Assembly: GCA_902595195.1 (NCBI GenBank)
Contig: CACJPC010000001.1
Location: forward strand, 17,173 to 81,172
DNA: 64,000 bases
Direction: 5' to 3'
From: an uncultured Candidatus Actinomarina sp.
Lineage (GTDB): Bacteria; Actinomycetota; Acidimicrobiia; Actinomarinales; Actinomarinaceae
Shown here: one piece after another, positions 54,784 through 63,043 of the stretch
How the letters are laid out: every line of letters starts with the position of its first letter
Position numbering within the stretch: the stretch's first letter is position 1
Translations under genes and position numbers: made by a program
Notes under the pieces: generated by a model
The model's input: only the letters and a program-made list of their open reading frames with translations
Databases searched by the model: none
Told to the model about the DNA's origin: nothing

Positions 54784-55569
54784 ATGATTTTCAAAAAAAG
54801 AAAGCTTGAAAACCTTAAACTATCTCAAAAGGAAGAAATAGATAATTTAAAAAATGAGCACATCAAATTAAAAAAAAAGCTACTTGATGATTTTGATAAA
54901 GAATCAAAAGAATTAGATACAAGATTAAAAGCAGATATCAAAGATACAAAAACATTACAGAAAAAAGAAATAGATAAAATTAAAAAATTGCATAAGAAAA
55001 CTGTTGAAGAACTATCTAGTAAAAACGCAGAGGAATTGGAAAAAAAGAAATCAATTTATAGACAGAAATTAGAAGATTGGAAAGTTAAAGCTGATAAACA
55101 TTTGCAAAATGAAATCGATAAGTACAAAAAAAACTTAGAAAAAGAACAAAAGAAGAAAGAAGAGCTTGAAAAACTAGAGATAGAAAAGAAAATGGAGAAA
55201 GAAATCTCTTCATTTCTAGAAAAGTTTGAGAAACAAAAACAGAGTGAATTAAAAAAACTAGAAAAAAAGTACCAGGATACCGAACTCCTCACAAAGCAAT
55301 TACAAAAATATTTCTCCGACTTTTTGGGAAAAGAATATAGTGATGTTTCTTTTAAAGAACTTGAAAAAATATTAAAAAATGAACTTGAAGAACTTGTTGA
55401 CGAAATTGATGAGGTTAAAAAAGAAATAGAAAATAAGAATGAAGTAGTTAAACAATTTAATGAGTTTGCTAAAGAAATGGATTATTTACATGAAGAAATA
55501 CTAGACAAAAAGAATGAACTTTATGAACTAAAACAAGCAATTAGAGCACTTAAGAAAGAAAGCAGTTAG
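54784..55569 (+). CDS. Lys/Glu-rich coiled-coil protein (261 aa)
   Basis: Almost entirely K/E/L heptads. Starts 5 nt after the Hsp70-like stop. Confidence 0.5.
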   Translation: MIFKKRKLENLKLSQKEEIDNLKNEHIKLKKKLLDDFDKESKELDTRLKADIKDTKTLQKKEIDKIKKLHKKTVEELSSKNAEELEKKKSIYRQKLEDWKVKADKHLQNEIDKYKKNLEKEQKKKEELEKLEIEKKMEKEISSFLEKFEKQKQSELKKLEKKYQDTELLTKQLQKYFSDFLGKEYSDVSFKELEKILKNELEELVDEIDEVKKEIENKNEVVKQFNEFAKEMDYLHEEILDKKNELYELKQAIRALKKESS

Positions 55570-55647
55570 TTTAGATAATTTAATTTCTAAATAAATGAAA
55601 AAAATTAAATAATATTACACATTAGCTATAAATCAGTTAAAAAACTA

Positions 55648-57046
55648 CTATAAAGGTTCTCCATTAAGATAGTTTCTTTGATCATAAATTTGACCATTTT
55701 CATGATATTTTATATGTAAACCTTCTTTCTTGCCTTCTTTAAACTTTCCTTCTTCCCATAACTGACCATTTTCGTAAAAATATTCTAAATAACCATTGAG
55801 TTGATCATTTTTCCAACTGCTTTTTTCCATCAACTGACCATTTTCATAAAACTTTTTTAAATGGTCCGTGTAACTCCCCGTTTTGATATGTTCCCTCAAT
55901 CCAAATTTTGCCACTTTCGTAAAATCTTTTATATGGTCCTGTAAGAAAAAGGCCATCATAAACTCCTTGAAATTCTAACTGACCATTCTCGTAATATCTT
56001 TCTACAACACCCTCTCTGAAAAGTCCGTTTAAGCTCTGAAATCCCTTTTCCCGTAAAATACCATCTTCATGGTATTTTTCATAAGGACCAGTTTTCTCAC
56101 CATCCTTATAATTTCCCGTCTCAATTAAGTTGCCTTTTTTACTATATATGTAGTAGGGTCCATCTATTACATGGTCATCCTTGTAGAATATTTTTTCTTT
56201 TAACACACCATTGTCATGGAAAGTTTCTTTTAGTCCATCAAGAATATTTTCTTTAAAAGAAGTTTTTATATTTAAGTTACCATTTTCATGATAGGTTATA
56301 TCCAAACCATCTTTCTTGTCCTCTTTATAAATTCCCTCTCTCTTAATCTGACCATTTTCATAGTAGCTTTCATATGGGCCCTCTTTTAATCCGTTTGCGA
56401 TTGTATATTTTGTATGGATCTGACCATTTTCATAGTATGTTTCATATGGGCCATCTTTTAGAACTCCTTTTGAGTAAACAGCTTTTCTGATTAGTTGACC
56501 ATTTTCATAGTAACTTTCGTAAGGGCCATCGAGCCTTGAATTATATACTTGGCTCTCTCCGAATCCATAAGTCTTATCAATATAATCTGTCTCTTCTTCA
56601 GTAAATTTTTTATATATGTAAGACCCTTTTTCTTCTAATTGACCATTTTCATAATATTTTTCAAATGCACCTACTGTGACTTTATTTTTGTATTGACTTT
56701 TTTCTTCAATCTGACCATTTTCATAAAAAAGTTCATATGGGCCATCTTTTAATCCATTTTTGATTATAAATTTTTCTTCAATCTGACCATTTTCATAGTA
56801 ACTTTCGTAAGGGCCGTCTTCTAATACTCCTTTTGAGTAATTGAACTTGAATTTTATTGAACCATTTTTATGGTAACTTTCGTAAGGGCCGTCTTTTTCA
56901 CCATTTTTGATTGTAAATTTTTCTTTTAGTTTTTTTTCAGTTTCAGAGTAATAATTGACAACAATACCGGTAAATGGAGATTTAGAATCAAGCTCATAAG
57001 CAACATTATCTCTCCAATCAAGATCGTAATATTCAATTTCTTTCAT
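55648..57046 (-). pseudogene. MORN-repeat (MORN_2 / YwqK-like) protein, split by a one-base frameshift in a homopolymer (plus-strand T6 55853-55858)
   Basis: More than 15 copies of the YYENGQ(I/L)xxK...G..DGPYE(S/T)Y unit. Track ORFs 55844..57046 and 55648..55959 overlap. Removing one base turns ...HGPFKKVL* into ...HGPFKKFYENGQL, continuing the repeat register. Confidence 0.7.
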
Positions 57047-57054
57047 AGGTATTC

Positions 57055-58323
57055 TCAGATATCGTTAATAAACGTATCTTGAAAGCTCTGTCTATTTACT
57101 AACTCAACTACACCACTGCTTGTAACTGCAACCACACCTGATTTAGGCACTCGGTTATAATTGCTTGCCATAGCAAAGGTATATGCACCAGTAGAGGTAG
57201 ACATTAAAATATCTCCTGACACAGTATCACTTGGCAACATGGCATCTTTTACTAGTAAATCTCCACTCTCACAGTGTCTACCAGAGACTGCATGTACGAT
57301 GTCTTCTCCAGCTTTGCCGCCAGAGATATTAAAGAGTTTATGTTCACTGCCATACAGCGCTGGCCTTGGATTATCAGACATTCCACCATCCACCAAGATA
57401 TATGGTTTCTCACCTCGGTCATCTTTAATGGCTCCAGCAGTATATAAAATAACCCCTGGATTATTGACTAACGCTCTACCTGGTTCAATCATGACTTTAT
57501 AGGATCCACTCCAGTGTTCTTTAATCCCTTCATGGATTGCATCAGCGTAGACTTTTAGTTCATGGTCTACTTCATCACCTGCGTAAGGTGAGAAGAATCC
57601 TCCACCAGCATCAAAAACTATCTCTCTCTCCACACTTGCAGGATGAGCATTAAGAAAATCTGCACACTCGCTCATTGCTTTTTTATAGCGATCTGGCTCT
57701 TTAATCTGGCTTCCAATATGTACATGGACTCCAGAAAACAGTAAATGTTTTGAGTTATAGATCTGTTGTAATGCCTCTTCGGCAAACCCAATAGAGATAC
57801 CGAACTGTTGATCGTACCCTGAAGTCAACACCATTGGATGGGTCTCTGCTCCAACATCTAGATTTATACGCATAATGACTGGTTGTTTTCTATCTAATTT
57901 GGCTGCAACCTCTTCTAACATCGGAATCTCAAAACGATTATCAACTGAGATATGGCCGCCATTATGTTGCATAAAGAACTCAATCTCATCTTTATGTTTA
58001 AAGGTTCCATTAAAGAGTGAATTTTCTAAAGTACCAGTAACAGCTTGAACAGTTGCCATCTCTCCACCTGAGACAACATCTACTCCCCAACCTTTGTCAT
58101 CTAGTTCTTTGACTAATGCTTTACAGATAAAAGCTTTTGCTGCATAGCGAAAATAGGTCTCTTCTCCAAAAGCATTCGTAAAATAATCTATATTATCTCG
58201 CAAGTGTTCCCAGTCATAGACGTATAGGGGAGTGCCATACTCTTTGGCAACATCAAGCAGTGAAGTCTCTCCTATAAAAGCGACTCCATCCTTGAAGCTG
58301 AGGTTAGATGGTAAATAATTCAT
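57055..58323 (-). CDS. lysA: Diaminopimelate decarboxylase
   Basis: YGTPLYVYD, FRYAAKAF (PLP Lys), VHVHIGSQ, DAGGGF, CESGD and GAYTFAMASNYN. Start taken at MNYLPSNL (TAATG overlap with the upstream stop). Confidence 0.85.
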   Translation of the reverse strand: MNYLPSNLSFKDGVAFIGETSLLDVAKEYGTPLYVYDWEHLRDNIDYFTNAFGEETYFRYAAKAFICKALVKELDDKGWGVDVVSGGEMATVQAVTGTLENSLFNGTFKHKDEIEFFMQHNGGHISVDNRFEIPMLEEVAAKLDRKQPVIMRINLDVGAETHPMVLTSGYDQQFGISIGFAEEALQQIYNSKHLLFSGVHVHIGSQIKEPDRYKKAMSECADFLNAHPASVEREIVFDAGGGFFSPYAGDEVDHELKVYADAIHEGIKEHWSGSYKVMIEPGRALVNNPGVILYTAGAIKDDRGEKPYILVDGGMSDNPRPALYGSEHKLFNISGGKAGEDIVHAVSGRHCESGDLLVKDAMLPSDTVSGDILMSTSTGAYTFAMASNYNRVPKSGVVAVTSSGVVELVNRQSFQDTFINDI

Positions 58324-58739
58324 TATGGCTGAGGAGGAAACAGGCCATATCCACATGTTCCGTCTTGTTCGCTTTCATAAGAACAGTCCTCAGGCATTAT
58401 ATCTAATTCTTGAAGCTCTTCAGACGTATATCTAATAATCTGCCAACTCTCTAATGATGAAATATCAAGGTTGGTTTGTTCCTCAGTTGTAAACCATACA
58501 ACTGTTCCATCTTCTGTAATAGATTTTACATAGCCTTTAACAGCGTGGTCATCACACCTGTTTCCTAAACACCAGCTTCTAAATATTGAATAGTCTTCGT
58601 GTTGGCAATTAGGATCAAAGTTTGATTCATCCATTTCTTCACAGATGACTGGGCTTGGGTCTGGTAAGAATTCTGGAATCTCAAGTTGAAACTGACCTAA
58701 AGTAGAGATGCCGAACAACATCATAATTATTGGAATCAT
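58323..58739 (-). CDS. Secreted hypothetical protein (138 aa)
   Basis: N-terminal signal-like MIPIIMMLFGISTLG. Cys-rich mature part. 4-nt overlap with nfo. Confidence 0.45.
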   Translation of the reverse strand: MIPIIMMLFGISTLGQFQLEIPEFLPDPSPVICEEMDESNFDPNCQHEDYSIFRSWCLGNRCDDHAVKGYVKSITEDGTVVWFTTEEQTNLDISSLESWQIIRYTSEELQELDIMPEDCSYESEQDGTCGYGLFPPQP

Positions 58740-59503
58740 TTTTTAAGTCTTCTCCTAATCCACGCAATATCTTTTTTCTGTTCCTCTAAACCACCTGGGG
58801 TCTCAACAACAATGTCTGTTTTACAGTTTTTAATCACATATTCAAGCTCAGCTTTAGGAATATTTCCTTTGCCTAGGTTCTCATGGCGATCTCTTGAGCT
58901 CTCAAAACCATCTTTGGAGTCATTGAAGTGCACAAGGTCTATTTTTTTAGTAAGTTTTTTAAATCCTTTGACTGCCTCTTCTGTTGGAATTCCCCCTGCC
59001 CACGTGTGGCAAGTATCTAAACATAGTCCAACATTCAAATCCCCTATGACTTCCCAGAGTCTCTCAATAGAATCCATATATCTTGCAACTGAATTTTTTC
59101 CACCAGCAGTATTTTCTACTAGTACTCTCATGCCTGTATCTTCAACATGTTCTATTGCTTTTCTCCAGTTATCATAGCCAACACCAATGTCTCCACCTTC
59201 CCCAACTGATCCACCGTGGACAATGACAGCTTTTGCTCCAAAAGAAGCAGCTACTTTGCACGTATCTTTTAAAAGTTTTCTACTTGGATGACGTACTTTA
59301 TTGTTTGGAGTAGCAACATTGATTAAGTATGGTGCGTGGACATATATTGGTCCCTCATAATCTTGTAAAATATTGACATCTTCTCGAGGTTTTGGACTTT
59401 TCCACATCTGTGGACTGGATACAAATATCTGAAAAGTATCGCCTTTTCGCATTTTTATCTCTTCAATTGCGTTTTTTGAGGGTATATGAGCACCAATATT
59501 CAT
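58736..59503 (-). CDS. nfo: Endonuclease IV (AP endonuclease family 2)
   Basis: GAHIP, FQIFVSSPQMW, YVHAPYLINVA, VIVHGGS, VLVENTAG, LCLDTCHTWAGG, LVHFNDSK and DRHENLG. Confidence 0.85.
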   Translation of the reverse strand: MNIGAHIPSKNAIEEIKMRKGDTFQIFVSSPQMWKSPKPREDVNILQDYEGPIYVHAPYLINVATPNNKVRHPSRKLLKDTCKVAASFGAKAVIVHGGSVGEGGDIGVGYDNWRKAIEHVEDTGMRVLVENTAGGKNSVARYMDSIERLWEVIGDLNVGLCLDTCHTWAGGIPTEEAVKGFKKLTKKIDLVHFNDSKDGFESSRDRHENLGKGNIPKAELEYVIKNCKTDIVVETPGGLEEQKKDIAWIRRRLKK

Positions 59504-59684
59504 GAATTTAAGTATAAATCATCCTAATTTTTGCCCAAATGATAAAAATAATCGATACAGCACTAAAATAAGAGTAAGACTTCCTTTCGTGCTTTGAGCC
59601 ACTTCAAAAGGGCGATAAAACAAAAAATTACAGCCACAGGGAGTCTTTTTGCTTTTTTTTTTGGAAAAATAGTCATATAAAGTG

Positions 59685-59824
59685 AAAATCCCGATTGATC
59701 TTGCGACCCTCCGGGATTTTCGAACTATCTTCTATTAGGTCTTGCGACTTCATTTCTGATAGTTATATAAAAATAGTGTACCAAGAGCTGTTTGGCAAGA
59801 TATTTTAGTTAGTTTTTTTCGCGA
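59685..59824. repeat. Copy 1 of a roughly 140-bp intergenic element that brackets the GNAT gene
   Basis: It begins with the hairpin AAAATCCCG (59685-59693) pairing with CGGGATTTT (59712-59720). It also contains two TCTTGCGA motifs and an inverted GCAAGAT, and ends TTTTTCGCGA. Aligns with 60363..60505. Confidence 0.75.
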
Positions 59825-59871
59825 ACTTTTATGCATAAAATCTATAAAAATACAGAGTTTATGAATATTAT

Positions 59872-60357
59872 TTGTTTGTGAAGATTAGAGGTATAGCATC
59901 TGAAGACTGGCAGCAGGTCAAGACTATTTATCAACTAGGAATCAATACTGGGATAGCAACCTTTGAGACTGCTCCGCCAGAAACTTATAATGATTGGATT
60001 ACAAAGTTAGATCTTGATAATACTTTTGTTGCTGAGGAGAATAGCTTAATACTTGGATGGGTAACATTAAGCAAAGTCTCAAATAGGTGCGTCTATGAGG
60101 GGGTTGGGGAAATCTCCATTTATATACACCCAGATCATAAACGCAAAAAAGTAGGTGCACGACTTTATTCTCATCTAGAGGAAAACGCAAAAGAAAAGGG
60201 GTACTGGACTATACAAGCACAGCTCTTTACAGAAAATGCTGCATCAAAATCATTTTTTGAAAATAGAGGATTTCGACAAGTAGGGATTCGGGAGAAAATT
60301 GGAAAGCTAGATAACGAATGGATAGATAACTACTTATATGAAAAACACTTCAACTAA
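59872..60357 (+). CDS. GNAT-family N-acetyltransferase (phosphinothricin/MSO acetyltransferase-like)
   Basis: IR.ASEDWQQVKTIYQLGI, SIYIHPDHKRKKVGARLYSHLE (Q/RxxGxG/A-type acetyl-CoA motif) and NAASKSFFENRGF. The start could instead be GTG 59878. Confidence 0.8.
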   Translation: MFVKIRGIASEDWQQVKTIYQLGINTGIATFETAPPETYNDWITKLDLDNTFVAEENSLILGWVTLSKVSNRCVYEGVGEISIYIHPDHKRKKVGARLYSHLEENAKEKGYWTIQAQLFTENAASKSFFENRGFRQVGIREKIGKLDNEWIDNYLYEKHFN

Positions 60358-60362
60358 AAGCA

Positions 60363-60505
60363 AAAATCCCGATTGATCTTGCGACCCTTCGGGATTTTCT
60401 GTTCTATCTTCTTTTCTATCTTGCGATTTCTTTTCCGATAGTGTTCTATAAATATACGTTAGTTTTTACTCTTATGCAAGATATTTACTAATCTATTTTT
60501 CGCGA
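60363..60505. repeat. Copy 2 of the roughly 140-bp element, immediately downstream of the GNAT stop
   Basis: The first 36 nt differ from copy 1 at one position (loop CCCTCC versus CCCTTC). The remainder matches at roughly three quarters of positions by eye and keeps the motif order TCTTGCGA..TCTTGCGA..GCAAGAT..TTTTTCGCGA. Confidence 0.75.
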
Positions 60506-60508
60506 GGT

Positions 60509-60736
60509 TTATTCCTCTTCTGAAGTGTTATTAGGTCTATAGGCTTCTTTAATTGAAACAATAATTTGAAAAAGTCCAAGAAAAAGAAGTAGATAATACA
60601 AATACTCTTCTCTTGTGTTTGTACCAAACTCTTTTAAATCAAAGTAGGTTTTGAGAAATTCTCTAAATGGACCATTAAAAATATTATCAATAGCTAGATA
60701 GGATAGAGTTACGCCAAACAAAAAAGGTCTTACCAT
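60509..60736 (-). CDS. Small two-TM membrane protein (75 aa)
   Basis: Hydrophobic ORF only. Confidence 0.4.
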   Translation of the reverse strand: MVRPFLFGVTLSYLAIDNIFNGPFREFLKTYFDLKEFGTNTREEYLYYLLLFLGLFQIIVSIKEAYRPNNTSEEE

Positions 60737-60799
60737 TTTTTCTCTTTATATTTTTTTTCTTTAGGTATCAGAATAACCTAATTTGGCTATTGTTTTGGT

Positions 60800-61495
60800 A
60801 TGGAAATTGTACTTATACGCCATGGACAACCTGAATGGATGCTCAACAATGAATATACAAGAAATCCTGGCCTCACTGAACTTGGAAATACTCAAGCTAA
60901 AAAATCTGCAGACCAGTTTACAAAAGGAAGCATTGATCAGCTCTGGGTTTCTCCTTTAAATAGAACCACACAGACACTTATACCCTTTAAAGAAAACGAG
61001 GTTGCAAAAGAAATCAAAACTTTTGAATGGCTAAAAGAAATGGAAGATAAAGACGAGGTTGCGTTATATGGAAAAAGCACAGATGAGATAATGAGTTTTT
61101 TTGAAAAGAGGAATAGTCAAACTTTTGAAGAGTGGTCTGTTAGTAACCATGGAGTATATATGCAAGAATTTGCTAAGAATATAATCACCAATCTTGAAAA
61201 TGAATTAAAAAGCCTAGGGGTTGTGTGTACAGATGATACCTTTGATAAGAAATTTGAAATAAAAAATGATTCTATAGAAAATTTAATGATAATTTCACAC
61301 GCAGGAACAATGTCTGTTTTATTGTCATATTTTTTAAATATGCCGCTTTATGCATGGACATGGAAAAAATTCCTACCAAGACACACCGGTCATACAAGGT
61401 TGAAATCTACCGTAATATCAGACGGTCACTTTTTTAGGCTTAAAGAGTTTAATAATGTGTCTTTTATAGAAAATCCAGAGGAGCAAACCTACTAA
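60800..61495 (+). CDS. Histidine phosphatase family protein (phosphoglycerate-mutase-like)
   Basis: N-terminal LIRHGQPEW (RHG motif) and a later ISHAGT. Confidence 0.75.
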   Translation: MEIVLIRHGQPEWMLNNEYTRNPGLTELGNTQAKKSADQFTKGSIDQLWVSPLNRTTQTLIPFKENEVAKEIKTFEWLKEMEDKDEVALYGKSTDEIMSFFEKRNSQTFEEWSVSNHGVYMQEFAKNIITNLENELKSLGVVCTDDTFDKKFEIKNDSIENLMIISHAGTMSVLLSYFLNMPLYAWTWKKFLPRHTGHTRLKSTVISDGHFFRLKEFNNVSFIENPEEQTY

Positions 61496-61514
61496 AATAT
61501 TAAATTAGAGGAAA

Positions 61515-62183
61515 ATGACACATACTAAAATTCTTCCAGATATAACTGTTAGCTCTCTTACCCCTCGAAAAAAAAGATTCTTCTTGAAATATCTTGCTAG
61601 ATTTCTACTTCTATTTGAAAATATACGACCTGTTGGTAGTTTTTTAGACAATAAAAGAGTTGTTCTTGTCGCAGCACCACATCAATCCGGTAAAGATGAA
61701 TACTTGATGATTTTAATTATTCTCGCCTTGGATGTTGATGTTTGTTATCTATCTGCCAAATGGACAATGAGAAGAATACCTAATCCATTTGAGAAATCAA
61801 AAGACATTGATGATCAAGGTATTAAATGGCCACTTGGATGGCTACAGGAAATAATTTTTAGAAAGTTTGGAGCAATTCCAGTTGATAGAAAAGGAAATAG
61901 TGGACAGTACGATTCTGTAATTGAGGAGCTGAAAAAAAGAGATTCTTTTTTACTGATCGTTACACCAGAAGGGAGGTTTGACGCGACAAGATTTAGAACA
62001 AGCTTTTTATTTATTGCAAAAGAACTAAATGCAGAAGTAATGCCAGTACAGATAGATTATGAGAATGAAATATTTAATATCTTAGAGTCTTTCAATATTG
62101 AAGGAGATACAGAGAGTGTTGTTAAAAATCTGAGGCTTAAGTTTGATGGAGTTAAAGGGAAGAAAAGTAGATTTAAAGCGTAA
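61515..62183 (+). CDS. PlsC-type acyltransferase (paralogue of 15277..15942)
   Basis: AAPHQSGKDE (HX4D), VTPEGR and QIDYENEIF. Confidence 0.6.
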   Translation: MTHTKILPDITVSSLTPRKKRFFLKYLARFLLLFENIRPVGSFLDNKRVVLVAAPHQSGKDEYLMILIILALDVDVCYLSAKWTMRRIPNPFEKSKDIDDQGIKWPLGWLQEIIFRKFGAIPVDRKGNSGQYDSVIEELKKRDSFLLIVTPEGRFDATRFRTSFLFIAKELNAEVMPVQIDYENEIFNILESFNIEGDTESVVKNLRLKFDGVKGKKSRFKA

Positions 62184-63043
62184 TGGAAGAAAAAATTAAT
62201 CAACTTATTAAAGAGCGAGCTCCATGGTTAGCTAAGAAAAATTTTATATCTTTATTGATTTTTAACTTCCTTAAAAAACTTCTTAGGTTTGGTGAAACAA
62301 TTTACGCAGGAGATTACATACAAAATTTATCTGGTGCTGAAGCGTTTAATTGGTTAGGAGATCAATATACTAACAACTGCTCTGTCGAGGGTTTGGAAAA
62401 CATACCGAGTGATGGAAGTTGTCTTCTTGTAGCTAACCATCCTATGGGTGCGGCAGACGCAATAGCTTTGTATAGTCAGTTGTATAAAGTGAGAAAAGAT
62501 GCCTTCTTCTTTGCAAATGAACTCTTTGTTTACTTGCTTGGTTCATTCCATAACGTAATGGCACCTGTTGTGTGGAATAAAGAAAAAGAGACACACTCTG
62601 CAACTAAGGTTACTCTCGAAAGACTTCATACTTTTTTTAATGATGAGAGACCTGGAATAATTTTCCCTTCTGGAAGACTTTCAAAACTTACATTATTTGG
62701 GTTATGGGATAGAGAATGGGAGAAAACTCCAATAGTGCTTGCTAAAAAGAATAATTTTCCACTAATTCCTGTACATGTTGAGGGTAAAAATTCATGGTTC
62801 TTTTATTTTGCTTCTTATACAAACAAACAATTAAGAGATGTTTCACAACTCAATGAGCTATTTAATAAAAGAGACAAACACATCTCGATCAAAATAGGAA
62901 AACCAGTAAAAGTTTCTGAACTTAGTAGTAATAATGATGTTGCTATTCAACAGTTGAGATATAAGGTTGAGAGCTTAAGAAACAAAGGCTTATTTAAAAT
63001 AAATAGGTTTATTTATTTAAGAAAGTTTAAAAAAATTACCTAA
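62183..63043 (+). CDS. Lysophospholipid-acyltransferase-family protein
   Basis: LLVANHPMGAADA (NHxxxxD-like block) and IFPSGRLS (block III). 1-nt overlap with the upstream gene. Confidence 0.55.
   Translation: MEEKINQLIKERAPWLAKKNFISLLIFNFLKKLLRFGETIYAGDYIQNLSGAEAFNWLGDQYTNNCSVEGLENIPSDGSCLLVANHPMGAADAIALYSQLYKVRKDAFFFANELFVYLLGSFHNVMAPVVWNKEKETHSATKVTLERLHTFFNDERPGIIFPSGRLSKLTLFGLWDREWEKTPIVLAKKNNFPLIPVHVEGKNSWFFYFASYTNKQLRDVSQLNELFNKRDKHISIKIGKPVKVSELSSNNDVAIQQLRYKVESLRNKGLFKINRFIYLRKFKKIT

Noticed and set aside
59518-59676. 52-aa minus-strand ORF upstream of nfo (MTIFPKKKSKKTPCGCNF...).
   Set aside because: It contains an A10 homopolymer and has an unprotein-like composition and no convincing RBS. 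It is more likely a non-coding spacer.
59685-60505. Interpreting the GNAT-flanking repeats as integron attC sites.
   Set aside because: There is no IntI-type integrase, no attI and no cassette array in the window. I cannot verify the attC R''/L''-L'/R' architecture by eye. It is kept only as a generic cassette-like observation.
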